A stretch of 64,000 nt of DNA from positions 32,001 through 96,000 of the forward strand of contig CAWJTV010000038.1 of NCBI GenBank assembly GCA_963845755.1, written 5' to 3'. A program made the position numbers and the translations under genes. Each line of letters begins with the position of its first letter. The stretch's first letter is position 1. This document shows, piece after piece, positions 1 through 15,580 of the stretch. Source of the DNA: an uncultured Planctomycetota bacterium (GTDB lineage Bacteria > Planctomycetota > Planctomycetia > Isosphaerales > Isosphaeraceae). The notes under the pieces were generated by a model that worked only from the letters and a program-made list of their open reading frames with translations, had not been told where the DNA came from and searched no databases.

Positions 1-431
1 CCTTTCGGATCCTCGGGCCGAGGACCGTGGCGTACCAGGACCTCGCCGGCAGCGGAATCGAGACGGTCGCCCACCTGCGGGAGAACCGCCGGCTGACGAT
101 CATGTTCTGCGCCTTCGAGGGTGCGCCGATGATCCTGCGACTCCATGGCCGCGGCCGTATCGTCGAGCCGGGCGATCCGGAGTGGGATGATCTCGTCGAA
201 CGATTCCCCAGCCAACCGGGAACGCGCTCGGTGGTCGTCCTCGACCTGGATCGGATCGCCGATTCTTGTGGGTTCGCCGTCCCTGTGTACGAGTACCGTC
301 GCGAGCGGACACAACTGGCCGATTGGAGCCGCCACAAAGGACCCGCTGGCCTGGAGCAGTACAAGGCTGCGAAGAACCGCAATAGCATCGACGGGCTCGA
401 CGGGTTGCGCCGGCTCAAGAGTCTGGAGTGA
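1..431 (+). CDS. Pyridoxamine 5'-phosphate oxidase-like FMN-binding protein (5' partial)
   Basis: Motifs YQDLAGSGIETVAHLRENRRLTIMFCAFEGAPMILRLHG and SCGFAVP; the frame is open from the window edge. Confidence 0.8.
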   Translation, partial: FRILGPRTVAYQDLAGSGIETVAHLRENRRLTIMFCAFEGAPMILRLHGRGRIVEPGDPEWDDLVERFPSQPGTRSVVVLDLDRIADSCGFAVPVYEYRRERTQLADWSRHKGPAGLEQYKAAKNRNSIDGLDGLRRLKSLE

Positions 432-467
432 TTCCGCTCCGCTCCGTCGCCGGGAAGGCTCCTAATC

Positions 468-1401
468 ATGGAATGCCAACTCGATCTCGACCCGGGTTTC
501 ACGATTCACGATCGTACCATGACCGGCAACCTCGTCATCTTACGAAGCGGCAGGAAACTGGAGGTCCAGGAGTATGGGGATTGCGCGGGACATCCCGTGC
601 TCTTTTTCCACGGACTCATCGGTTCCCATCACCAGGCTTCCTATGTCGCCGAGTGCGCAGATCGGGAGGGGCTGCGGATCATCGCACCGAATCGGCCCGG
701 AGTGGGGCGGTCGGAGTTCGTCGCGCGCCGGAGCGCGCTGGACGCCGTCGACGACGTGGAAGACCTGACGGCGAAGCTGGAGATCGACGAATTCAGTCTG
801 ATCGGCATCTCCGGAGGCGCCGCCCTACGCCCTGGCCTCGCTCTATCGCCTGGGCCGTCACATCCGGTCCGTGACGATCCTCAGCGGGATGGGCCCGATG
901 CAGTTGGCCGGCGCCTTGAACGGGATGGATCAGCGCCGCCGCCTATTCCTGGGGGCCGGCTCCCGGTACCCGCAACTGGCGCGACGAGGCTTCCAGGTCG
1001 CCGCCGACCGATTCCGGGCTGACCCGGACCGATTCCTCCACCGCCTCATCACCACGTGGTCGGTCCCCGACCAACGGATGTTCCAACGAAAAGAGGTCTT
1101 CGACCTCTTCCTCAAGGATCTGCACGCCGTGTTCACCGAGGGCCACGGCGCGGAGGGCCTCGCGCAGGAGCTGACGATGTACCGGAATTACGGTTTCGCG
1201 CCGAGAGATCTGCCCCCGAAACCGCGGGTCGTCCTCTGGCATGGACTTTCCGACAACATCGTCCCGCCCGCGATGGCCTGGAAGATGGTGTACGCCCTGC
1301 CCAACGCCGAGGCCCATTTTGTCCCGGGCGGCCATTTCATGGCGATCGACGCCGCCGGTCTCATCGTCGCTCGGCTACGGCAAGGTCTCTCCGGCGAGTA
1401 G
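468..1401 (+). CDS. Alpha/beta hydrolase (frameshift at about 820-830)
   Basis: FFHGLIGS, APNRPGVG and nucleophile motif GISGG in ORF 468-1022; continues in ORF 871-1401 with LWHGLSDNIVP and GGHF. Confidence 0.8.
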
Positions 1402-1603
1402 GCTGAGTCGGGATTCACCCTCTCCGGTTGCTCGATACGCCTCCAGGATGAGCCAGGTTGCCGCGAGGAAGGCGATCGGGCCGATGTGGAAAAGCAGGCG
1501 GGGCATGGCACTGTCAAGGTGCCATTCGAGGGGTTGAGGCGTGAGCTGAAAGATCACCAGGTAAACCAGGAGTTGGGCCGCCGGGAAGATCCAGAGAACC
1601 TTC
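1375..1603 (-). pseudogene. Orphan 3' fragment of a polytopic membrane protein (GT-C-like C-terminus)
   Basis: KVLWIFPAAQLLVYLVIFQLTPQPLEWHLDSAMPRLLFHIGPIAFLAATWLIL is a TM-loop-TM pattern with no credible start of its own; it abuts the VOC gene stop. Confidence 0.45.
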
Positions 1604-2011
1604 TCATAAGGGCTTGCCAATTTCCCAATGGTGTCCGAACGGATCGACGATCCTTCCCAGGCGCCAGCCATACTGATTGCCGACGGGCGAGACCACGGTG
1701 GCTCCCGCCGTGACGGCACGTTCGAAAGCAGCGTCCGGATTCTCCACGATCATCACCATCCGCACGGAACCGCCGCCGAGCGTTTCGGGACTGAAGTTGA
1801 GGTGTTCCGGTGACTCGTCAGCGACCCAGAATTCGGCTCCCTCCACGCACAGACGAGCGACCACCTCTCCACTTTCGGCGTCGATGCGGAACAGTTCGCT
1901 CGCCCCGAACGCCGCCTTGTAGAACTCGATCGCCTTCGCTCCGCGACGAACCGAGAGCATCGGGGCGATCGCGGTCTTCGGATCCCTGGCGATGTTCGAG
2001 TCATGGCTCAC
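1604..2011 (-). CDS. VOC/glyoxalase (PhnB-like) family protein
   Basis: AIEFYKAAFGA and YGWRLGRIVDPFGHHWEIG. Confidence 0.9.
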   Translation of the reverse strand: MSHDSNIARDPKTAIAPMLSVRRGAKAIEFYKAAFGASELFRIDAESGEVVARLCVEGAEFWVADESPEHLNFSPETLGGGSVRMVMIVENPDAAFERAVTAGATVVSPVGNQYGWRLGRIVDPFGHHWEIGKPL

Positions 2012-2052
2012 GGGAAATCTCCTGAACTTGACTTCACTTGTCGTACACGCCC

Positions 2053-3576
2053 TCAGGGCCGGGTACGGCCCGCCTCGCGGATCGACCGGAGGCGGGCGGC
2101 CATCGCCTGGACGCGCTCCAGGTGCCGGGTTGCGACGTTCCTCGTCTCGCCGAGGTCATCGACGAGCTCGTAGAGCTGATCGACCGGGGCATTGCCGGTC
2201 TCGGTGGTTGTGTTGGTCTGGACGGCCGGGCCCGGCCCGGCCGGGATGTATTTCCAAGACCCCTCCCGAAGGGCCAGCCGGCTGGAGTGGTGGACGGAGT
2301 GGTCGCGGCCCTGACGCGACTCGCCGAGTAGGGCCGGCAGGACGTTGAAGCTGTCGGGCACGGAGCCCTCGGGAAGAGTCCGGCCGGTCAGCGACGCGAG
2401 GCTGGCCAGCATATCGACCTGGTTCACCAGCGCGTCGGAAACACCCGGACGGACCCGACCGGACCATCGGACCAGGAACGGGACCCGCGTGCCGCCCTCG
2501 AACAGGCTATACTTGCCCCCGCGGAGCGGACCGGCCGGCCGGTGACCGTCGCGGTCGCGGACAGCTCCGTCGGCGTAACCGTCGTCTACCACCGGGCCGT
2601 TATCACTGGTGAACAGGACGAGCGTCCGGTCCGCGAGCTTGAGCCGGTCGAGCGCGTCGAGGACCTGACCGACGCACCAATCCAGCTCCTGCACGACGTC
2701 GCCGCGCACGCCGCACCCGCTGGTCCCGGCGAACCGCGCGTGAGGGACGCGCGGCACGTGGATGTCGTGGGTGGCGAAGTAAAGGAAGAAGGGGCTCGAC
2801 GCGTGCCGCTCGATGAACGCGACAGCCTCGCGGGTGAAGACGTCGGCCATGTCTTCGTCAACCCGACGCGCGGCCTTCCCGCCGGCCATGTAGCCGATCC
2901 GGCTGATGCCGTTGACGATCGTCTGGTCGTGGCCGTGGCTCGGCTTCAGCTTGAGCAGTTCCGGGTGCGCCGCACCGGTCGGCTCGTCGCCGATCGGATT
3001 CCCGTAACGGACCCGGATCGGGTCGAGCGGGTCGAGACCGACGACGCGGTCGCCCCTGACGAACACGCAGGGTACGCGGTCGCCGGTCGCCGCCATGATG
3101 AAGGAATCATCGAAGCCGACCTGCTGGGGGCCCGGCTTGATCGCGCCGTTCCAGTCGATCGGACCAGACCCGAGCCCGAGGTGCCATTTGCCAACGACGC
3201 CCGTCGCGTAGCCCGATCGCTTCAGCATGGCGGACAGGGTCTCGCGGCCCGGCTCGATGATGAGCGCGGCATCACCCGGGAGGACGCCCGTCCCTTTCCG
3301 TCGCCACGCATATTCCCCCGTGAGCAAGGCATATCGGGACGGCGTGCAGGTCGACGAGGCCGCGTGCGCGTCGGTGAACCGCAGGCCCTCCCGCGCCAGC
3401 CGGTCGATCTTCGGCGTGCGGACCCGCGTCGCTCCGTAGCACCCGAGGTCGCCGTAGCCCAGGTCGTCGGCATAGATGAGAACGACATTCGGCGCGTCGG
3501 CGGCGACCCTCCGACCATCAGGCAAGCCCGCCACAAGCGAGAGGACGGCCGCCAGGCAGGCATGTCGGAGAGTCAT
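2053..3576 (-). CDS. Secreted arylsulfatase
   Basis: Signal peptide, PNVVLIYADDLGYGDL, formylglycine motif CTPSRYALLTG, GKWHLG, TSDNG; alternative start at 3645. Confidence 0.95.
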   Translation of the reverse strand: MTLRHACLAAVLSLVAGLPDGRRVAADAPNVVLIYADDLGYGDLGCYGATRVRTPKIDRLAREGLRFTDAHAASSTCTPSRYALLTGEYAWRRKGTGVLPGDAALIIEPGRETLSAMLKRSGYATGVVGKWHLGLGSGPIDWNGAIKPGPQQVGFDDSFIMAATGDRVPCVFVRGDRVVGLDPLDPIRVRYGNPIGDEPTGAAHPELLKLKPSHGHDQTIVNGISRIGYMAGGKAARRVDEDMADVFTREAVAFIERHASSPFFLYFATHDIHVPRVPHARFAGTSGCGVRGDVVQELDWCVGQVLDALDRLKLADRTLVLFTSDNGPVVDDGYADGAVRDRDGHRPAGPLRGGKYSLFEGGTRVPFLVRWSGRVRPGVSDALVNQVDMLASLASLTGRTLPEGSVPDSFNVLPALLGESRQGRDHSVHHSSRLALREGSWKYIPAGPGPAVQTNTTTETGNAPVDQLYELVDDLGETRNVATRHLERVQAMAARLRSIREAGRTRP

Positions 3577-3641
3577 TCGAGTCAACCCCGGTGATCGTGA
3601 ACGAAGGTGACGGTGACGGTGCGCGGTCGCGGCATCCCGAG

Positions 3642-4016
3642 TCACAAGTAGTCTTCGCGAACCGGCTGGAACACGTCAAGCGCCAGCGCAGGCTGGTCCA
3701 GGGCGCGGACGCGGTGCACGACACCTCCGGGTATGCGCCAGAGATCGCCGGGGCCGAGGAGGCGCGTGACGCCGCCCACGGTGAACTCGAGCTGTCCTTC
3801 CAGCAGCATGCCCATTTGCTCATGAGGATGCGCATGGTCGGTCACGACGGATCCGGGTTCGAACCGGACGACGGAGAGCATGACGCCCTTGCCCGCGGTC
3901 GTGCGGATCTCGACGCCGGGGAAGATGACGTGGCGCGACCCCGATCCCGCGGGGAGGAAGTAGCCATCCGGGTCGGGCAGGAGCCCGGCGTCCCTGGCCG
4001 GGTCGTTACCGGTCAT
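3642..4016 (-). CDS. Cupin domain protein
   Basis: HAHPHEQ and IPGGVVH cupin motifs; the start overlaps the upstream stop (ATGA). Confidence 0.9.
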   Translation of the reverse strand: MTGNDPARDAGLLPDPDGYFLPAGSGSRHVIFPGVEIRTTAGKGVMLSVVRFEPGSVVTDHAHPHEQMGMLLEGQLEFTVGGVTRLLGPGDLWRIPGGVVHRVRALDQPALALDVFQPVREDYL

Positions 4017-5602
4017 TCGAGGTTCCCGTAACGCGCGGCGACCCACTCGCCGGTGATGTTCAGGAATTCCTCGCGGCCGCCGTGATAGACGTCTTTGAGC
4101 ATGTCATCCAGGTTTGTCGGGCCTTTGAGCATGCCGCGGAGGAATCTCGGGAAGTTTCGGCTGAATTCGGTGGTCATCATGCATTCGACCAGTGAGAAGC
4201 CGACGGCGCGGAGGTCGCCGCTGGTGATCTGTTCGCCCCCGCCCAGGGCCTGGTTGGCCTTGGTCTCCCAACCCTGCTGGAAATTGGCCAGGGCGGTCTG
4301 GCGAAGCTGGTGATAATAGGGGCTCCGGGGCTCGACGCGGGAGGCCATGTAGAGGCCGATCCCGTCCTTCAGCCAGCGCGGGGGCGTCCCCTCGGAGGCC
4401 ACGACTCCCGAGCCCAGTCCTTCGGCCAGAAGCCCGAGCAGCGACCGCTCGGATCCCCCCATCCCGCCCGCTTCGCTACGCTTGCCCCGGCCCCGCCGCT
4501 TCGGCGTGGACTCTTCCTTCTTGCCGCCGGCCGGGTCCAAGGTCGCGAGATAGGGCTGAGCGGACGCGAGCTTGACGGTGGAGAACTCCTCCGGTTCGAG
4601 CTCGCGGCCCTCGACGGTGCGGACGAACTCGACGAAATCGTTCTTACTGCTGAAGACATAGAGGCTCACCTTTTCGACCCAGTCTTTGGCCGGTACGCCC
4701 AGACGCCTCAGGTGCAGATACTGGGTCTCCAACTGCTTGATGGTACTGGTCGCCCGGTCCTTCGGCAGATTGCTGAACATGATGAATTGTTTGCCGTGGA
4801 CGATCTCGGGCGTCAGCTTGGGATTGGCCTGCTTCCAGCGCTGCAATCCGACGGCCTCAATCTGCTTATCGCGCTCTGAGACCGGCAGCCTGGCGAGCTC
4901 TTTCTGGGCCAGTTGCTCGGGCGTCGCCGCGTAGGAATCCAGCTTTGCCTTGGGGTCGAGCCCCTTGTCGAGTTGGGCTCCTTCCTTGACCCATCGGGTG
5001 ATCTTGGCGACCGCTTCGTCCGAGATTTCGCGGTTGCCCCCTTGCGGCATCTTCGGGGTCTCCTCGCCGTTGATCCTCAGGACCAGGTGGCTCTCCTCCG
5101 GCTTGCCGGCGACGAACACGGGATGGTCGGGCCCCGTCCCCTTGCGGAGGTTCTCGTACGTCGTCATGTCCAGCTTGCCCTTACGTACGCCCACCTGGCC
5201 GGGTCGATGGCAGCCGACGCAATTGGCGACGAGGATCGGCGCGATATCTTGCGAGAATTTGAGCTGGCCACCACCGGCCGTCTTCGTCTCCGTGTCCGCA
5301 TCCGCGTCCTTTTTGGCCTTGGCCTTCGGGGTCCCTTTCTCCGCGAGCCGGGCTTTCTTGCGGGCGGTCTTCTGGGAACGGCTGGGGCGCGGCGCGGCGT
5401 CCGGGTCGTCCGGTGGCTGAAACGGCCTCGGGTTGGGGGCCTCCTCGCCGCCGGTTTCTTGAAGCGCATGGTTCTGGGCAGCCGCTCGAACCCGCCGGGA
5501 CGAGATCAGGAACACGGAGAGTTCGACCGGCACAAGCCAGAGCGCGGTCAACACGACGACACCGACCCGCCTCAGACCAGGCGACCGCATGATGCGCGAC
5601 AT
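4013..5602 (-). CDS. Planctomycete cytochrome c domain protein
   Basis: N-terminal hydrophobic segment, FSQDIAPILVANCVGCH heme motif, GKPEESHL...KMP...ITRWVKEGA. Confidence 0.85.
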   Translation of the reverse strand: MSRIMRSPGLRRVGVVVLTALWLVPVELSVFLISSRRVRAAAQNHALQETGGEEAPNPRPFQPPDDPDAAPRPSRSQKTARKKARLAEKGTPKAKAKKDADADTETKTAGGGQLKFSQDIAPILVANCVGCHRPGQVGVRKGKLDMTTYENLRKGTGPDHPVFVAGKPEESHLVLRINGEETPKMPQGGNREISDEAVAKITRWVKEGAQLDKGLDPKAKLDSYAATPEQLAQKELARLPVSERDKQIEAVGLQRWKQANPKLTPEIVHGKQFIMFSNLPKDRATSTIKQLETQYLHLRRLGVPAKDWVEKVSLYVFSSKNDFVEFVRTVEGRELEPEEFSTVKLASAQPYLATLDPAGGKKEESTPKRRGRGKRSEAGGMGGSERSLLGLLAEGLGSGVVASEGTPPRWLKDGIGLYMASRVEPRSPYYHQLRQTALANFQQGWETKANQALGGGEQITSGDLRAVGFSLVECMMTTEFSRNFPRFLRGMLKGPTNLDDMLKDVYHGGREEFLNITGEWVAARYGNLE

Positions 5603-5763
5603 GATCTCACCCCTTTTGGCTTGCCCGAACGATGGTGACCGGACCAATCCATTGTTTCCCCCGTTGCGTGGTTTGACAAGATGAGCCATGATCGAACGCA
5701 TTCACCACCGAGTCACCGATCCGATGCCGTCAAGGGGCTCCTGGGAGTGTGAAACGCCAACGG

Positions 5764-7270
5764 TTACGGGACGGTGCCCTCATCCTCCGTTGTCGAGGCC
5801 CGAACCATGCCCGTGAGAAAGAGGCAGCCGGACAGGAACGTCGGCAGTCCGCATCCCTCTTGCAACATTTCCCAGGGTGCCGATGTCACATCAGCGAAGG
5901 TGTCACACACATCGAAGGCGGCCAGCCACGCGAAGTGCCAGCCGATCGCGACTCCCAGGAGGGTCCGAGCCCTGAGTTGCCCCCAGTTGCGGAGGGCCCA
6001 GCACGAGGCGAGCACGAACGGCACCATGTGATACTGCGGGAAGCCGACGCGATAGAGCAGGACGGTCGTCGCGGCCACGACCGCGGCGGACGCCTCGAGA
6101 TTCGGTCGCCGGGCGCAGCGACCAGGACCACGCCAGCATCAGGGCCAAGAATAGGATGACGGGCGAGAGGGCGTCGTAGTTGATCGGGGCCCCCAGCCGG
6201 AGGAGCGGGGAATAGGGGCCTCGGATGAACCGGAAGATCGACAGCGTGGTCGACGGCCGATTCGCGGCAAACTCCAGGGGGCGCAGCGTCGACGGCCCCC
6301 ACAACCAGCAACTCAGTATAAGGCCGAACCCGATCGATGCCAGGGCCGCGATCAGCAACCGGAGGCGGAATCGGCCGCGATCCAGGGCGAGAAAGGGGAG
6401 GAGTACAATCGGGAGGTATTTCAGCAAGACGCCCAGCGCCAGACACACGCCCGAGAGGATTTCGCGCTCCCGGAGGCGCTCGTGGATCGCCGCCAGGCAC
6501 AACAGGCCGACCAGGATGTCGAAATGACCCCGGATGGCGATCTCAACCCAGGGATATGGGTTCCAGAACAGTGCGAAGAGCCCCAGCGCCCGGAGGCCCG
6601 ACGACTGTCGGCCGGCCATGGCGCCCTTGATCTGCACGATCGCGAACACAACATAAGCAGAGGCGAAGAGCAGCTTGGGCGCCAGCGGATTCAGCCACGA
6701 CAGGCCTGCTAGCAGGTTGAACACGGGGCCGTAGGCGTTCAGCGGTCCCATGCCGTGCGCCCCGCCGACGAGCCACCAGGGGTCATGTCCCTGACGCACC
6801 TCATACCAGATCTGAAGGTAAAAGTAATAATCGTGCCGCGGCCATGTGAGGACGGTAACTGCCAGAAAGGCAAGGGCGAGGACCGAGAGCGACAGGCTGA
6901 CGCATCGCGCCGCGCGGAGGTCGTTCGCGGATCGTCCTTCGGCGGCCCGGAGATCGTAACGCTGAAGGATCAAGAGGATCATCAGATGGAGGAACCCGGC
7001 GATCCCCACGGCAACCGAGAGCTCGACCCAGCGACCGAGCAGGTCCGTACCGGTGAAGGGTGTGACGAACCCCTGAATGTAACGCTTCACGGCCGCGTGA
7101 AGGTCTCCCGGATGCTCCGCGACCAGGAGCGGCGGCACGACCCAGCGGGCGAGTCCGGCCCAGGCCACGGTCAGGGTGACGTACAGCGCTAGCCGTATTT
7201 GCAGCCGAGTGCGATCGATCTGGGCCATCGACAGGCTCGAATACGTCCGCTTCCTCAGGAAAGGCGGCAT
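5764..7270 (-). CDS. GT87/DUF2029-like integral membrane glycosyltransferase (frameshift at about 6115)
   Basis: Many TM segments, NAYGP, WNPYPWVEIAIRGHFD, GVLLKYLP; the C-terminus continues in ORF 5764-6078 (VGFPQYH). Confidence 0.7.
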
Positions 7271-7763
7271 GCGGCAACGTCTCGCCGCAGGCCGCCGATC
7301 GGATTCTGCCCCCTCCGGCGCGCGATTTCAACCGGGCACCGAGGAATGCCGAGGGGATACCGGCCTCACCACGCGACCACGGTTGTATCAGCTCGTTCCC
7401 ACGCGAAAAGTGCGGAGCAAGCCGCAAGTACCACGGTCTCCTGATCCCAGTTCCTCGAGCAGGTCCCTACCGGATGCAAGCCAAGAAGAACCGGAAGGTG
7501 ATTCGAACAAGAATTGCTATCTTCGACCAGAGACACTATCGTGGGGGTCCATGTGGGTCCGTCATTGTGCTCCGGCTCGGTCCGTTAACGGCGTCCATTC
7601 CTGAAGCTTCGCCATGGTTGTTAGCCGTCCCCTCTTACTCATACTGGATCGGGACCGGTAAAGAGACGTATAGGGAGGCTCCCGCCGGTTGGGGCGAGGA
7701 CGGCGGTCGAATGTGGGCTCGAAGCCTAAGTGGCGGAATGATGATTACTGATTGGAGTTGAAC

Positions 7764-8577
7764 ATGAAATCCCTCCTTCGGCCTCTCGCTCGTTTCGCCG
7801 CCGAGCCACCGTTCCGGCTGTTCGTGCGATCCGCATGCCACGTCTTGCCGGTCTCGGTTCGGACCCGTGCCCGATGGGACGCGACACCCCGACCCCATTA
7901 TCTCGTCGGTACCCTCTTCGCCGCCGACCAAGCGAGGCGCGAGAAAATCCCTGCCATTTCGGTGGTCGAGCTTGGAGTGGCGAGCGGCGGCGGCCTGCTC
8001 GTACTCGAGCGCGCGGCTAAGGAGGTCGCGAGAGAGACCGGAGTCTCGATCAGCGTCTTTGGGTTCGACTCCGGCGCAGGGCTCCCTGAGTTCATCGGCG
8101 ACTACCGCGATTTCCCGGATGTTTGGCAGGCGGGGTGGTACCCGATGGATGAAGCGTCGGTGCGGGCGAAGCTTGACCCGAGCACAACCCTGCTGATCGG
8201 CAATGTGCGCGACACGATACCCCAGTTCCTCAGGGACCACGACACGCCCCCCATCGGGTTCGTCGCGGTCGATCTCGATCTCTACTCGTTCGACGGCCGT
8301 CGCGCTCCAGCTTCTCTCAGCCCCCAATCGACGCATGCTCAAACACGTCCCGGTATACCTGGATGATATCCATCTCGACGGCACCCACCAATTCGGGGGT
8401 GAGCTACTGGCGGTCGCCGAATTCAACGAACGGAACGATGAGGTGAAGATCGATTCCTGGCGGGGGCTCCCCGAGAGGCGGCCCTTCAGGGATGCGGGCT
8501 GGCTGCCCCTGATGTGGATGGCACACGACCTCAAGGCGATCGGGCAGATCGCGCCGAAGGTTCAAAAGGTGACATAG
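7764..8577 (+). CDS. TylF/MycF-like SAM-dependent methyltransferase-fold protein (frameshift at about 8290)
   Basis: VVELGVASG, FGFDSGAGLP, GNVRDTIP, AVDLDLYS, then YLDD...GELLAVAEFN in the second frame. Confidence 0.6.
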
Positions 8578-8752
8578 GTTCATAGGGGACATAGGGGGTT
8601 CAGAAGGCGAACAGTGAACCGCAGCCTCTGGACAAGCGTCAGATGGCGCGGAGCCCTGTCAGCAGGCCAAACACCTTGACTCTCCTCAGCGTGGCACTAT
8701 TCGATAATTGGTGCCACCTGTCCGGGCCTTTTTCGCGACGTGGTTTGCTGCT

Positions 8753-12036
<3,284 letters not shown>

Positions 12037-12056
12037 TTGCCACTAACAACTACCTG

Positions 12057-12993
12057 CTACGTAGGGATTCTAGGCAACGGTCCGCGTTCTGACCATGGCG
12101 ACACCACGGCCGAGCTCCCCGGACGGTCGGCGCGTCGATGAGGACGGGGCGGCAATCCGTGGGGCGGTTCGGCCCTTATTGGGACGGGCCACGTTTCCAG
12201 GTCGGTTGACCGGACGGCTCGATTGACGGAATCGAACAGGTCGTCGATGTCACAGGGGAGTTCGAGGCAAGCGACGGCCCCGGCGGCCTTGGCCCGGGCC
12301 ACGATCGCCCGATCGGCGAATCCCGCAAGCCCGATGACGGGGCCGGTCCGGGTCGCGGCGCCATTCCAGCCGATCCGCCCAGCCCGGCTCGAGGACCGGG
12401 ATCTCCCAGATCGTCAGTACCCGCTCCGTGACGACCTCCGATCGATTCCGGCTCTGGAGAAGTCCTCCGATCTCCTGATCATCGATCACGTCCGCCCGAT
12501 AGCCCGCCGCCCCAAAGGCATCAGCCAGCGCCCGGCACATCTCGTTGTCGCCGCCAGCCAATTCGATCCGGAACGCCGGCGCGATGGACCGCGGACTCCG
12601 GCGTTCCCCTCCCTCAAACAAGCGGCCGAGCTGGCCGGGCAGCACCTCGACCGCGACCGCCTCCGAGACGACGAGATCGACCAGCCCCGCCCATCGTTCG
12701 AGGTCCTCATAACGGACATAAGGGCTGACACAGAGGATCACCACCGGCACGGGTCCGCCGCTCAGGGCCTCGCGCCAGCCCTTGACACGATCGGCGTCGG
12801 TCCCGGCAAGCCTGTGCCGATGAATCACCAGGGCGCGCGGCGCATACCCGCGGTCGAAGGGACGCTCCGGGAGTGGCCCCGGGCAGTCCAGTCGTTGGGT
12901 CTCCCCGGCTTCCATGACGACGTCGGCAATCGCGGTGACCCACGGGTCGCCCAAATCGCCCATGAACCAGATGGGGCTTGGTGATGCGTCCAT
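12057..12993 (-). CDS. Hypothetical protein with degenerate receiver-like domains (frameshift at about 12355)
   Basis: ORF 12250-12993 joins ORF 12057-12302 (ARAKAAGAVACLELPCDIDDL resembles a CheY-like C-terminus). Confidence 0.55.
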
Positions 12994-13403
12994 GGAACGC
13001 CCAGCCTCCCTGCTCGGTTGACGACTCCCAGCGCGGACAGCCGCACGCCGTCGGATCGACCCGTCGTTGAACTTATCACAAGGCGCTTCATTGGGCAATG
13101 CAACCACGTCATCCGCAACCGTTCGTCAAGCGTTATGAAGTGCACGCATGCCTTAAGTCTCCTTCGATGGAGGGACGCTCCCATGGGGCGAATCACACAC
13201 AGGTTGGGTCCCGCTCATCGACGACCTTGCGGGAACCGCTCGACCCTCGCGCGGGCCTCGCAGTCGTCGGGGCATTTGGCGAGCACCGCCAGAATCGGAA
13301 AGCGGGGACCAGCACGCCTGGGGCCAGGCAGTCGCCGTTGACCAGGGTCACTTCACCAGGCGGCCATTGCGCCTCCCCCATCGAATGGCACGGAGCACTC
13401 GTT

Positions 13404-15580
13404 TTACGAGGAAACTGCCTTGACCATGTAGATGACCCCCGCCCCCGTGCCTTGCGAACTGAACAAGTCCCCGTTGCTGGACAAATCGGCGATGAAGAGC
13501 GCGTTGCTGGTGGACAAGAGCCCGTCCAGGTGGCCGATGTTCGGCTCGTTATTGCCGATGAAGTCGAAGTATTTGCCGGTCGCCCGGTTGTAGAAGACCA
13601 GCGGGTTTTCCTCATTCGCCAGTCCGCCGAGGTCGAACCGGCCGTGGAACCCGACGAAGATTCCGTTGTTCAGGCTACTCGGGAAGCCCGCCGGTGCGAA
13701 GGCGATCTCGGAAGGCCCCTCGCTCTCCGAGCCGGTGTAGGGGTCCGGCCACGGCTGGAAAGCCACCACTGCTCGCATCGGAGAGCCGACGATTTTGCCG
13801 GTCCGGTAGGCAATGTAAGAGTCGGGGAAGCCAAAGTTGAAAACCTTGGTCCCGATCCGGGACGCCGGGATCGCGAAAACTCTGTTGACGCTGAGAGGCT
13901 CATCTTCGTTGGGGGGGAAGTCAATTCCGTTTTCCTCGAAGTAGAGATCGCCCGTCGTCGGGTCGAACGCCATCCCGGCGGCATTCCTCAGACCGCTGGC
14001 AATCTGGGTCAATCCGCTCATGGTCACGGAAGAGCTGGAATCCTGGACCGTCACCATGTAGATCGAGGAGCCATGGAGCGTCCCTGAGATCAAGCCGTTC
14101 ACTCCGACCATGTCGGTGTCGGGCGCGTCGTTGTACTCCGAGCCGATGTTGAAGAAGAGATCGTACTCACCAGGGCCACCGCCAGGCGTCGGCCGGACCG
14201 CCGTTGCGAAGGTGGTATGTTCCCAGGAGGCATTGGGAAACGCGAAGTTCAGGCTCCCGACCAGCGAGTATGGGTCGGACGGCGAGGCACCCATGCGGAG
14301 GACCCAGATCGACTCGCTTTGTGTCTGCGAGCTCGTGACGAAAACGAGATCGCCGGCCACTCGCATGGCCGTGAGTGTTCCCGGCAGTCCGGAATACATG
14401 ACCTGGCCCGGCCCGTCCGCCACGCCATTACCGTCGGCGTCCACGAAGCGGAGCAGCGTGCCCGTCGAATCGTAATAGTTCCCCCCTGGCAGCGGGTCGC
14501 TCGTTCGACACGAGGAGCGACCCGTCGGGGAGCTGCTGCATGCTGTGGGGATAGTTGAGCCCCGTAGCGAAGGTTGTGATCCGGTAGTCGGCCGGGTTCA
14601 CGCTGGGGTCGCCCCCGATGGCAAAGGGCTGGGGCAACTGGACCGTCCCAGCCACGGAAACCGAGTCGAACGATGCGGTGGAGTAGCCCTGGCCCTTTAC
14701 GGCTGCGCCACCATCGAGTGCCGGATCGCCACCAGTGCGGTCGGTCCAGCCGCTCTGCTGGAACATCCAGCTCGAGGGTTCGGGCGTCCCGTCCTGCCAC
14801 ACTTTGCCCAGGAGCGTCCCGCCCTGGTCCGTGAGTTCGAACCAGTACCAAGTGCCCTTTTGCCAGGAGAAGGGGAAGGCATTGCCCCAGGTCACGCCGT
14901 CGTCGAGGAACTGAACCTGGTTCTTCCCGTGCAGGACCAGCTCGTAACCCTGACCCGTATTGGGGTCCGTGTAAATCCCGACGCCGGCGGCGCGCCGCAT
15001 CACCCGCGACCCAGTTGGTGACCGAGAGCTTGGCCGTGATCGCTTGATCCGATGGATAAGACTGGTCAGTCAGGATCGCCTTGCTGCTGCCGGAAGGTCT
15101 TGTAGTGTTGAACTGCTGAAGCATCCCGTCTTTCTGCTGCCACCTGCCCCCTACGAACGACCAAGCCGGGTTGAGGGCCCGCGAGTTCAAAGAGTCCGCG
15201 AAGATGGGATACGGATTCGGGAGGGCGGCTTGGGTGTAGGCGGATGCAATGTTGCTGCGCTGGACGTCGCCCGAAGCATTGCGAGCGACCACCTGATAGC
15301 TGTAGAGGATGCTGTAGTAGAGCCCGGTATCCGAATAACTCGTTGTGCCGCGTTGGGCGGTCGCGATCGTGAAGAAATCGATGCCGTTGTAGCTACTCTG
15401 AATCCTGTACGAGACTTCGGGCTTGTCCGTCGTCCAGGACAGATCGATCTCGCCGGGGGGGCCCGTGACCGCACTGAGCGTTACGGACGGCACAGCCCGG
15501 TCCTCGAGGGGCTCGAGGCAGAAATGACGGGCGACTCGCCGACGGCGGGTTGACGTCGAGTCTCCACGCATGTGTCTCAT
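13404..15580 (-). CDS. Planctomycete exported protein: LEPLEDR motif, fibronectin type III domain, glucose/sorbosone dehydrogenase-like propeller (frameshifts at about 14990 and 14490)
   Basis: RRRR..FCLEPLEDRAVPS; FN3 pattern IDLSWT..SYSDTGL..YSYQVVARN; FATGLNYP, ASGLRNAAGMAFDP, FNFGFP, FVGFHG. Confidence 0.7.
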
